Source: Prochlorococcus sp. MIT 0801 (GTDB lineage: Bacteria; Cyanobacteriota; Cyanobacteriia; PCC-6307; Cyanobiaceae). From it: a stretch of 32,000 bases of DNA. The notes below the pieces were generated by a model. The model was not told the origin of the DNA. It worked only from the letters and a program-made list of their open reading frames with translations, and did no database searches. The position numbers were made by a program, and so were the translations under genes. Below, in pieces: positions 16,557-24,497 of the stretch. Where the stretch lies: positions 990,001 to 1,022,000 of the forward strand of contig NZ_CP007754.1 of the NCBI RefSeq assembly GCF_000757865.1. Direction: 5' to 3'. How positions within the stretch are numbered: position 1 is the first letter of the stretch; the number at the start of each line of letters is the position of its first letter.

Positions 16557-16738
16557 GTATCAGAAAATTGTTTGAACAAACCTAACTGATCTAAAAATAT
16601 TTAGTGTTACGGTTAGCACGAAGTGAATGTTTATCTAATCGATCCTTCTGTAAAAAAATTACTTCAATCCGTCTAAGTTTTCCACAGCTTCAGAGTCACT
16701 AAATAACTCCAAGATCTAAATAAAAAGCAATTCCAATA

Positions 16739-16978
16739 AAAAAGACCCTAGGTATGGTGTCCTACGGGCCTGGGTGATGGGGATCTTATTTTTAACTGTT
16801 TTTCAAGCAAATTGCAACCCCTACCATATCTGGTGTTAGAAAGATTAAAAAAACAGAAAAAAAGACCCATATCTGGAATTATTAGCTTGCGTAATATGTA
16901 CACAGCGAGTAGTATTTTCGAATTACTGGGTGATGGGGATCTCTCAGTATCTACTCCCTCAAATTTGAGGGTTTTTTT
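16739..16978 (+). ncRNA. candidate small RNA locus (two units sharing AGACCC and a 17-mer)
   Basis: CTGGGTGATGGGGATCT occurs at 16770..16786 and 16926..16942, each preceded by A-run+AGACCC. Unit 1 ends in TTATTTTT and unit 2 in a strong terminator. The only ORF here reads through that terminator. Confidence 0.3.
16956..16978 (+). terminator. rho-independent terminator
   Basis: CCCTCAAA/TTTGAGGG stem followed by TTTTTTT. Confidence 0.65.
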
Positions 16979-17072
16979 ATGCCATGAATTTCTGCAGATA
17001 ATTTCTAAGATGGATTAAGGCAAAATTAGTGAAAAACTGCTCTGATCCTTATTTTTTTCCAAAATCGAGAAG

Positions 17073-17285
17073 ATGGAACAAGTAACTGATGCAATTGGTA
17101 ATCCCACAGCACTCTTAGTAGAGAGAATTTTTTGGTTAGGGTTAGGTGCATTTTTAGGACTGGCAATAATTACTTCTTTACTAAGAGGATTAAAAGAAAG
17201 TAAAAACAAAACGACACCAATTTCACCTGATCAATTAGAAAATCTTGCAAAAAAAGCGATCCAACAAAACAGTGATAGCAATTGA
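17073..17285 (+). CDS. hypothetical single-TM protein
   Basis: ORF track. Preferred over the antisense ORF 17015..17209 because of its clean TM helix plus charged tail. Confidence 0.5.
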   Translation: MEQVTDAIGNPTALLVERIFWLGLGAFLGLAIITSLLRGLKESKNKTTPISPDQLENLAKKAIQQNSDSN

Positions 17286-17575
17286 TATTGGTTATCAGAT
17301 ATTTTTATAGCCACAAACAAATTTACTTATGGTCGTTGGGGCGAGAACCGTACAATCAGCTACCACTGATTAGATGATGAGCATATATGCTTAATACATA
17401 TTCACAAAAACAATGAAATTAGTTCCTTACATATTCATGGCTGTTGCTATCTTCTCAGAAGTTTCAACAATTGCTACGACTCCTATTATCTAATTGAATC
17501 TCATTAATTGAGTATTCAGACCTAACGCGTTCGGGTGAATACCGACGTTAGATTGTATATAACTGATTTGTATTC

Positions 17576-17836
17576 ATGCTCAAAAAGATATTTAGGGCTG
17601 CTAGTTTTTTAGCTTTGTCTGTTTTTTTAACTTCGACAACTATTTTTTCAGGAATTAATCCTGCAGCAGCCGCTCAAATGGGTTCTGATATGAACGAAGA
17701 TAACTCTATGGGTATTGTGATCGAAGAGTCTAGTGATGCCTTGGATGGTTCGAAAACTAGTGCTGCCCCAGATCTTGGAGATGATCAAGCATTTCCTTTT
17801 ATTCCAGGTTTTGGTAAAAATTCCGGTAAAGACTGA
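17576..17836 (+). CDS. secreted acidic protein with a C-terminal FPF-x-PG motif (family member 1)
   Basis: Signal peptide ending AAAAQ, a Met/Asp/Glu/Ser-rich middle, then DLGDDQAFPFIPGFGKNSGKD. Confidence 0.6.
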   Translation: MLKKIFRAASFLALSVFLTSTTIFSGINPAAAAQMGSDMNEDNSMGIVIEESSDALDGSKTSAAPDLGDDQAFPFIPGFGKNSGKD

Positions 17837-18233
17837 TTATCTTTTTGTTGAAAAGTATTGATTGATAATAAATTACTAATTTTTTCAAAAGCTAGAAAAA
17901 ATCCACAGTTATAAGAGCTAATTAGCTAAACCATTTTCATGGAAAAATGGGAATCAAAAATAATCATATTTGTTATGTTTGCAGTCCTTGCAATTGGGTC
18001 AATCGCGCCATTGATCAGGATGATCAGTGATCGTATTTCTTAAGATTGAATTTGATTGGACAGGCTGAGATCATTGGAGTAATTATTTCTAACATGATTA
18101 CTTTTGGCATTTTTAGCTGATTAATTTTTATTTTGCAAAAAATGAAAAAAATGGATTAAATGCTCAAATGGAACAAAAAAAAATCTAGAGAAAGATCTCT
18201 AGATTTATATGAAGATTGATTTGTTAAAGCTAT

Positions 18234-18530
18234 TTAAAATATGCCAGGAATAATTTGTCCAGTAGTGATATAAGCGCCTAGTAAAGCAATCATTCCGATC
18301 ATTGCCCAACGGCCATTGGTCTTTTCCGCTTCTTCAGGATAGCTGGAATAGTTTTCAACTAATTGAGTTTGTACTTGGGTAGCAAACATGTTTTGCTTGC
18401 CATATTCAGTAATGATCTGGTTAGAAGCAGAACTGTAAGCAGGGATTCCTGTTGGATCAACAGATTGTCCTTCTGATTGATTATCAGTTGGATCTATTGA
18501 TTGATCAGAAACTGGGTTACTAGAAGTCAT
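18234..18530 (-). CDS. hli: high-light-inducible protein with a long N-terminal extension, 98 aa
   Basis: From ATG at 18530. The C-terminus EEAEKTNGRWAMIGMIALLGAYITTGQIIPGIF is a canonical HLIP. The N-terminus contains DQSIDPTDNQSEGQSVDPTG. Confidence 0.85.
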   Translation of the reverse strand: MTSSNPVSDQSIDPTDNQSEGQSVDPTGIPAYSSASNQIITEYGKQNMFATQVQTQLVENYSSYPEEAEKTNGRWAMIGMIALLGAYITTGQIIPGIF

Positions 18531-18538
18531 ATAAGAAC

Positions 18539-18646
18539 CTAAAAAATGCCTGGAATAATTTGACCAGTAGTTGCATAAGCACCGAAAGCAGCAATAAAGC
18601 CGATCATTGCCATCCAACCATTAAACTTTTCTGCTTCTGGAGTCAC
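18539..18646 (-). CDS. hli: high-light-inducible protein, 35 aa, GTG start
   Basis: (GTG)TPEAEKFNGWMAMIGFIAAFGAYATTGQIIPGIF. No in-frame ATG would keep the E-x2-NG motif. Paralog of 9101..9208. Confidence 0.75.
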   Translation of the reverse strand: MTPEAEKFNGWMAMIGFIAAFGAYATTGQIIPGIF

Positions 18647-18672
18647 GAGATTAAACTCAAATAATGCGCATG

Positions 18673-18701
18673 AATGTAAAGGAAAAGTAAAGGAATGTAA
18701 A
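18673..18701 (-). promoter_or_regulatory. HLR1-like triple direct repeat upstream of the hli pair
   Basis: The minus strand reads TTTACATT-CC-TTTACTTT-TCC-TTTACATT, ending 26 nt before the GTG at 18646. Confidence 0.55.
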
Positions 18702-18811
18702 GGGGTCACCCGTACACAGCAAAAGTTATCAGGGGTATTAGGTGAAGCAATATTTTTTATCCACGTTCTAAATAACAATTCCACTAACTTTGTTGAACTT
18801 AATTCAAATAG

Positions 18812-18988
18812 ATGGATTTAATACCAGGTGTAGTTCTTTTCTTTGGAGCCATTGGAACTGTGGCTTTACTTGGTTGGGATACTTTCCAAAATCGTAAGCC
18901 AATAACTAAAGCTGAAATGCAGCAGTCTCGTGGAACTAGAGCTGCTAAGCCACAACAAAAGAGAAGATGGTTATTTAACAGAGAATAA
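18812..18988 (+). CDS. 58-aa single-TM protein with a basic tail
   Basis: Hand-called: MDLIPGVVLFFGAIGTVALLGWDTFQNRKPITKAEMQQSRGTRAAKPQQKRRWLFNRE. The ORF-track minus ORF 18799..19005 is its antisense shadow. Confidence 0.45.
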   Translation: MDLIPGVVLFFGAIGTVALLGWDTFQNRKPITKAEMQQSRGTRAAKPQQKRRWLFNRE

Positions 18989-18990
18989 TT

Positions 18991-19167
18991 ATGGGTGAAA
19001 TTCAAACATACGCTTCAAACTCAGGAGATTTTAATTTCCTTTTCGTTCTAATCATTGTTGGGACTTATCTTCTTTATGAGGTTGGAAAGGCAATAATGGA
19101 CAACAACGATGATGATGACATGGATGGAGGAATGACGATGCGTGTAGCAGATGGAGCACAGGCCTGA
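18991..19167 (+). CDS. 58-aa TM protein with a poly-Asp-GG-M tail (family member 2)
   Basis: Hand-called: MGEIQTYASNSGDFNFLFVLIIVGTYLLYEVGKAIMDNNDDDDMDGGMTMRVADGAQA. Its ATG lies 2 nt after the preceding stop. Confidence 0.5.
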   Translation: MGEIQTYASNSGDFNFLFVLIIVGTYLLYEVGKAIMDNNDDDDMDGGMTMRVADGAQA

Positions 19168-19638
19168 ATTGACTACCAAAATAATATGTACTTAATGACT
19201 ACATAAACATGTCGTCTCTAAAAAGGTTTAAGGGTGAATTGAATATATAATTAGTCATCTATTTAATTAAAAATTTTGAGCGAAGAAAATATCAAAAGAA
19301 AAATAGATGCTTTATTAAAAGAACTTCAGGAGAAAACAGGAGTTTCGGATGAGGAGATGGACGAATTTAAAAAAATTATGGAACTAGCAGATTTTTCACA
19401 AGACCAAGAATAATTTAGGTATAAGTCGGGATGAATGAAGGTTTAGCGAGATGCGAGTTTTGACCAAATAAGGAGTACCAACACGTTAAGCAATGCATAT
19501 CCAACAGCAATTTGAAGTTGGTAAAAATAACCAACAATCGAAGAGGATCCCAAAATGATCAAACTAGTAATAAAAATATCTCTTGAAAAATTCACCTAAA
19601 AATATCAAGCACTATAAATATTCAGATTGAAAATGAAA

Positions 19639-19797
19639 TCATGAAAGTCTTATTTGATTTTCAATCGAATAAGCATTGCTTGTGCAGGCCTCATCACCTG
19701 TAACTTGAGAAACAGCAATAACCAGAAGACTTAGAGAACCAACCGCTAGAGAAATTGTTCTAATAGCACTTGCTTTCTTAGAGATTTTCTTGCTCAT
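19639..19797 (-). CDS. hypothetical single-TM protein
   Basis: ORF track 19639..19839. The internal ATG at 19797 gives MSKKISKKASAIRTISLAVGSLSLLVIAV. Confidence 0.4.
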   Translation of the reverse strand: MSKKISKKASAIRTISLAVGSLSLLVIAVSQVTGDEACTSNAYSIENQIRLS

Positions 19798-19946
19798 ATC
19801 AAAAAAAATTGATGTAATAAGAATATGATTACTATCCAAGCATAAAGAGTATCCATTGATACCTGCTAGAAATAATTACCTAAAAATTATTAGAACAATT
19901 CTGAATAGAGCTAAATCAATTGAAAACCAGATTTAAATTGATTGCT

Positions 19947-20276
19947 TTATTTACAAGCTTGCGATGGTTGTTGCGAACTTTCTTTTAACAGTTCAATCCA
20001 ATCTTGCAAAGAATTTAATGAGTCAATATTCAATTGGTAATAAACCCATCTACCAGTTTGCCTATCGGTAATCAAACCTGCATCTTTTAAAACTTTTAAA
20101 TGAAAAGATATTTTCGATTGCGCCAATCCAATTTCATTAATCAAATCACAAACACATCGTTCTCCTCCTGAAAGAGACTCAATGATTTGCAATCGCAATG
20201 GATCAGATAAAGCTTTTAGCAATTTCCTGGCCACTGCATTTTCAAGAACTACTTCGCTCTTTGTCGCTGTGGCCAT
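19947..20276 (-). CDS. arsR: ArsR/SmtB-family metalloregulator
   Basis: Winged-helix core LRLQIIESLSGGERCVCDLINEIGLAQSKISFHLKVLKDAGLI, with the CVC metalloid-binding motif. ATG at 20276. Confidence 0.9.
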   Translation of the reverse strand: MATATKSEVVLENAVARKLLKALSDPLRLQIIESLSGGERCVCDLINEIGLAQSKISFHLKVLKDAGLITDRQTGRWVYYQLNIDSLNSLQDWIELLKESSQQPSQACK

Positions 20277-20347
20277 CACAGAAGAAAAAATATAATCACA
20301 TGATAAAACAAACCGCAGAAAAGGCTTGCATCGATAAACCTCTATAC

Positions 20348-20365
20348 ATCAATATAAATTGATAT
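20348..20365. promoter_or_regulatory. palindromic operator-like motif in the arsR/gap divergent intergenic region
   Basis: ATCAAT-ATAA-ATTGAT-AT, a 6-4-6 inverted repeat. A further ATTGAT lies at 20384..20389 inside TATATTGATT. Confidence 0.5.
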
Positions 20366-20415
20366 GAGGAATCTTATCCTTATATTGATTCACTCCTCTA
20401 ACTCAATTACAGGTT

Positions 20416-21441
20416 ATGCGAATCGGTATTAATGGTTTCGGTCGAATAGGACGACTTGTTCTAAGAGCGCTCTGGGGTAGAGAAAATATCGAGATTACAC
20501 ATATCAACGATCCATTGGGTGATGCAAAGGGAGCTGCGCATTTACTTGAATTTGATTCAGTACATGGTCGTTGGAACAAAGCAATAAGCAACGACCAAAA
20601 CAACCTGAGTATTGAAGGTCACCCGATATCTTTTGCAAAGGAAAGTGATTTCACAAAAGTTCCATGGGATAAGACAGGTATAGAGCTAATTCTCGAATGT
20701 TCAGGAAAATTCAAAACCCCTCAAACATTAAATCCTTACTTCGATACTCTTGGGATGAAAAGAGTTGTCGTTGCATGTCCAGTAAAAGGAGAAATCCAGG
20801 GAGAGGATGCTCTAAATATCGTCTACGGTATTAATCATGATTTATATGAGCCCAATAAACATCGCTTAGTAACAGCTGCATCCTGCACGACTAATTGCTT
20901 GGCTCCCGTTGTGAAAGTTGTTAATCAAGCTTTTGGTATCAAGCATGGAAGCATCACAACACACCATGACCTAACAAATACACAGGTAATCGTTGATTCA
21001 TTTAAATCAGATTTAAGAAGAGCAAGGAGCGGATCACAAAGCTTAATTCCAACAACAACAGGATCAGCAAAAGCGATAGGGATGATATTCCCTGAATTAC
21101 AAGGTAAATTAAATGGTCATGCAGTTCGAGTTCCTCTCCTCAATGGATCTTTAACTGATGCTGTATTTGAATTAGAAAAAGAGGTCACGCAAGAAGAAGT
21201 CAATCATGTGTTCAAAGAAGCTTCAGAAGGAGAACTAAAAGGAATACTTGGTTACGAAGAAAAACCACTTGTATCAATCGATTATGTCAATGACTCGAGA
21301 AGTTCAATTATTGATGCGCCCTCAACCATGGTGATCAACAAAACTCAACTGAAAGTCTATATTTGGTATGACAATGAATGGGGGTATAGCTGTCGAATGG
21401 CTGATCTCGTATCACATGTAATAAAGCTAGAAAAAGAATAA
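20416..21441 (+). CDS. gap: glyceraldehyde-3-phosphate dehydrogenase-like protein (ars-associated GAPDH)
   Basis: [12 protein letters not shown]-binding N-terminus and the catalytic [10 protein letters not shown] motif. 341 aa, followed 10 nt later by arsJ. Confidence 0.92.
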   Translation: MRIGINGFGRIGRLVLRALWGRENIEITHINDPLGDAKGAAHLLEFDSVHGRWNKAISNDQNNLSIEGHPISFAKESDFTKVPWDKTGIELILECSGKFKTPQTLNPYFDTLGMKRVVVACPVKGEIQGEDALNIVYGINHDLYEPNKHRLVTAASCTTNCLAPVVKVVNQAFGIKHGSITTHHDLTNTQVIVDSFKSDLRRARSGSQSLIPTTTGSAKAIGMIFPELQGKLNGHAVRVPLLNGSLTDAVFELEKEVTQEEVNHVFKEASEGELKGILGYEEKPLVSIDYVNDSRSSIIDAPSTMVINKTQLKVYIWYDNEWGYSCRMADLVSHVIKLEKE

Positions 21442-21451
21442 AAATAAAAAC

Positions 21452-22714
21452 ATGCGATTAACGGCATTGCAACAATATGGAATCGTAACGACCAACTATT
21501 GGGCATTCACACTGACAGATGGTGCTCTAAGAATGCTAGTGATTTTTCACTTTCATAGCCTTGGATATACAACATTAGAAATTGCATTCTTATTCCTTTT
21601 TTATGAGTTCTTTGGCGTCATCACTAATCTCTATGGAGGTTGGATAGGAGCAAGATATGGATTACGTCTAACACTGTGGGTAGGAACTCTTTTACAAATC
21701 GGCGCCCTATTGATGTTGATACCCGTTTCAAGTGGTTGGTCGAAACTTTTGAGTGTCATTTATGTCATGGTTGCTCAAGCGATTAGTGGCATAGCAAAAG
21801 ATCTCAATAAGATGAGTGCTAAAAGTGCCATCAAAACTGTCGTTCCAGGCTCATCAGAAGAAGATGGTGGAAATAATCAATTATTTAAATGGGTAGCCAT
21901 CTTAACTGGTTCAAAAAATGCACTCAAAGGAGTTGGCTTCTTTCTTGGTGGACTTTTGCTTACAAGTTTTGGATTTAATAAAGCAGTTGAATTAATGGCT
22001 ATCGGTTTAGGTCTGTCATTTCTAATGACATTAATTTTGCCTGGAGATATTGGAAAGATGAAAAACAAACCAATCTTTAAAGACTTATTTTCTAAATCTC
22101 AAGGGATCAATGTCCTCTCTTTTGCACGCTTTTTTCTCTTTGGGGCAAGAGACGTATGGTTCGTCGTTGCACTACCTGTTTTTCTTGAAACGTATCTAAA
22201 TTGGAATTTTTCTGAGATTGGAGCTTTTCTAGGATTGTGGGTTATTGGTTATGGTTTTATTCAAGCGTTTGCGCCGTCTTTAAGAAATTTATGGGGAAAT
22301 AAAACAAGCCCAGGAGTTTCTTCTGTTCAATTCTGGAGCGCTGCGTTAACTGCAATTCCAGCGCTAATAGCAATAGCACTATGGCGACAAAGCAATCCAG
22401 AAACAGCAATTACAGCTGGATTGATATTATTTGGGTTCATATTTGCAATGAACTCATCAATACATTCATATATGGTTCTTGCTTATACGGACAAGGAAAA
22501 CGTGAGTCTAAACGTCGGCTTCTATTACATGGCAAATGCGGCAGGGAGACTGATTGGTACTCTCCTATCAGGAGTTTTATTCATGATTGGAGCTAATGCC
22601 TCTATAGGAATGCAACTATGTTTATGGTGCTCAAGCCTATTTGTATTTATCTCATTGTTGACTAGTTTACGACTACCTCCAGTATCAAATACAAAAGCTA
22701 TAAAAAATTCCTAA
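21452..22714 (+). CDS. arsJ: ArsJ-like MFS permease (organoarsenical efflux)
   Basis: 420 aa, about 11-12 hydrophobic segments. The position directly after an ars-linked GAPDH and divergent from arsR fits the ArsJ arrangement. Confidence 0.8.
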   Translation: MRLTALQQYGIVTTNYWAFTLTDGALRMLVIFHFHSLGYTTLEIAFLFLFYEFFGVITNLYGGWIGARYGLRLTLWVGTLLQIGALLMLIPVSSGWSKLLSVIYVMVAQAISGIAKDLNKMSAKSAIKTVVPGSSEEDGGNNQLFKWVAILTGSKNALKGVGFFLGGLLLTSFGFNKAVELMAIGLGLSFLMTLILPGDIGKMKNKPIFKDLFSKSQGINVLSFARFFLFGARDVWFVVALPVFLETYLNWNFSEIGAFLGLWVIGYGFIQAFAPSLRNLWGNKTSPGVSSVQFWSAALTAIPALIAIALWRQSNPETAITAGLILFGFIFAMNSSIHSYMVLAYTDKENVSLNVGFYYMANAAGRLIGTLLSGVLFMIGANASIGMQLCLWCSSLFVFISLLTSLRLPPVSNTKAIKNS

Positions 22715-22755
22715 GAGCGTCAATAAAAAAAATTAAATATCAAGGGAAAGAAGGA

Positions 22756-22935
22756 CTACTGAACCTCTGATTCTCTGTCATATTCAAGTCCAACTTCATT
22801 CATCCATGCTGCTTTCGTTTTACAGTTTTTACCATGCTCGGCTAGATGTAATCCCTCAATCGAAATAAATAAAACTAGTAGTGAAACTGGAACCCACCAA
22901 ATGGGTGATCCAACTATTTCCTTCCAATTATTCAT
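22756..22935 (-). CDS. hypothetical 59-aa single-TM protein
   Basis: Hand-called: MNNWKEIVGSPIWWVPVSLLVLFISIEGLHLAEHGKNCKTKAAWMNEVGLEYDRESEVQ. Confidence 0.35.
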   Translation of the reverse strand: MNNWKEIVGSPIWWVPVSLLVLFISIEGLHLAEHGKNCKTKAAWMNEVGLEYDRESEVQ

Positions 22936-23007
22936 TGAATCTTTTTTTTCATATTAAAGATTTTTTTCAGCTTAAGTTAGGAAGTGACTGGCTAGCAAAA
23001 AAGAAAT

Positions 23008-23037
23008 TAAAAAGGAGGCTATTGCCTCCTTTTTAAT
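23008..23037. terminator. bidirectional rho-independent terminator after pstS
   Basis: AAAAAGGAGGC-TATT-GCCTCCTTTTTAA. The stem is 23013..23019 / 23024..23030. Confidence 0.65.
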
Positions 23038-23052
23038 TTATAAGGAATAAAT

Positions 23053-24024
23053 TCACTTACCAATACGCTTTACAGCAGCGCGAGACTTGGAAAGAATATC
23101 ACCTTTTAGAGGAACAAAGCCAAGAGAAGGAGCCTTAGCCTGGGCTTTATCACTAAGTAGGTAGTTAAGTGAATCTCTAATGGCATCAGTGTTTCTACCA
23201 TTACCAGTTTCGTAAGCAAGAATCCATGTAAGGGTTGCGATTGGGTATGCACCCTTGGCCTTAGGGTTAGGGTTATTACCGGCTAGATTTTTATCTAGTT
23301 GTATTCCATTAAGAGCAATAGCACCAGCCTCAGTAGTTGGCTGTAAAAACTCTCCTGATAAATTTTGGAGAGCGGCTGCTTTGATTTCACCTCTAATATA
23401 TGACTGGTTTACATAACCAATTGCACCAGGAGTGTTACGAATAACGCCAGCAACACCAGCATTACCTTTACCACCAACACCAGCAGGCCAGGCGACAGAT
23501 TTACCTGTTCCTAGAGTCCATGTCTTAGAGAAAGCCTGCATGGAATTTGTAAAAGCCTTCGTAGTGCCTGAACCATCAGAACGATGAGCCCAAGTTAGTT
23601 TTCCTTCAGGGCAACCAACCTCTTTCCAGTTTGAAATTTTACCCATAGCAACACGAACAGCTTGCTCTTGAGTAAGTTTAAGATCGCAATCGTAGTTATA
23701 ACCAAAAGCAATAGTGCCACCAACCATTGGGATTTGAACTAATCCCCGCGTAACTTTTGCAATATCTGTTGCTTTCATCGGATCATCAGACGCACCGAAA
23801 TTAACGGTTTCATCAATGAAAGCTTTACGGCCAGAACCTGAACCAACAGCTTGATAGTTAACACGAGGTCCACGCTCTTTAGCTAAGTCAGAGAACCATC
23901 GAGTGTAGATTTTAGCGGGAAAAGAGGCTCCAGCTCCGCTGAGTCGAGCACCCGCAAAGGCACTTCCACCTGAGCCAAGAATAATTAAAGAGGAGAGGAC
24001 AAGACTCTTCTTAGCAAAGCTCAT
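23053..24024 (-). CDS. pstS: phosphate ABC transporter periplasmic phosphate-binding protein PstS
   Basis: GAGASFPAKIY, AVGSGSG and SDGSGTT motifs. I chose the ATG at 24024 (MSFAKKSLVLSSLIILGSGGSAFA signal peptide). The ORF stays open to 24078. Confidence 0.92.
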   Translation of the reverse strand: MSFAKKSLVLSSLIILGSGGSAFAGARLSGAGASFPAKIYTRWFSDLAKERGPRVNYQAVGSGSGRKAFIDETVNFGASDDPMKATDIAKVTRGLVQIPMVGGTIAFGYNYDCDLKLTQEQAVRVAMGKISNWKEVGCPEGKLTWAHRSDGSGTTKAFTNSMQAFSKTWTLGTGKSVAWPAGVGGKGNAGVAGVIRNTPGAIGYVNQSYIRGEIKAAALQNLSGEFLQPTTEAGAIALNGIQLDKNLAGNNPNPKAKGAYPIATLTWILAYETGNGRNTDAIRDSLNYLLSDKAQAKAPSLGFVPLKGDILSKSRAAVKRIGK

Positions 24025-24080
24025 CAAAGGTCTGCGACGTAAAAGCAATGAAAGCATAGGACGTGAAGGCTCTGACATTG

Positions 24081-24116
24081 ATCAATATTTATTGATATAA
24101 TCAATATAGCTTGATA
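24081..24116. promoter_or_regulatory. array of four alternating ATCAAT/ATTGAT half-sites upstream of pstS
   Basis: ATCAAT-ATTT-ATTGAT-ATA-ATCAAT-ATAGC-TTGAT(A). Half-site starts are spaced 10, 9 and 10 bp apart. The first 18 nt match 20348..20365 at 16 of 18 positions. Confidence 0.5.
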
Positions 24117-24497
24117 CAGGGCTTACGGCAAAAAAACTAATTCAAAATAAACATATCTGTTTGATGGAGCGAAGCGGTATATTTATGAGCAATATTAAGG
24201 CTGATGCTTGGATGAAAACCAATCATTAGATCAATCAAGCATTTAATAAGAAGTTGAAAAACAAAGTAAAATATCTTCTAATAATTCTAGTCTTAATGAT
24301 CGGCACATCTATATCTATTAGCCAATACAAAAACACATATCCAGATCCTAGTGAGAGAAAAGATTTATCTGTTAAAGGAATCTTTCTAGATTAAAAATGT
24401 TATGTTTACAAAAATATAAAACATAAATAAGCTTTAAGTGTATAAATTTAGACTAAAATAAATAAAGAGTGAAGGCTTGAAGAAAAGAGGAAACTAA

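Noticed and set aside
16812-17018. 68-aa plus-strand ORF
   Set aside because: It reads directly through a strong rho-independent terminator (16956..16978) and through the duplicated 17-mer module. It is more plausibly non-coding.
24025-24078. 18-aa N-terminal extension of PstS (MSEPSRPMLSLLLRRRPL)
   Set aside because: A canonical signal peptide begins at the ATG at 24024. The extension would place the palindromic half-site array 2 nt from the start codon, so it probably belongs to the leader.
24120-24300. Cyanobacterial Pho-box (tandem 8-bp PyTTAAPyPy(T/A) repeats at 11-bp spacing) upstream of pstS
   Set aside because: There are isolated CTTAAT- and TTTAAT-like octamers but no convincing phased triplet by eye. 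This needs a position-weight-matrix scan.
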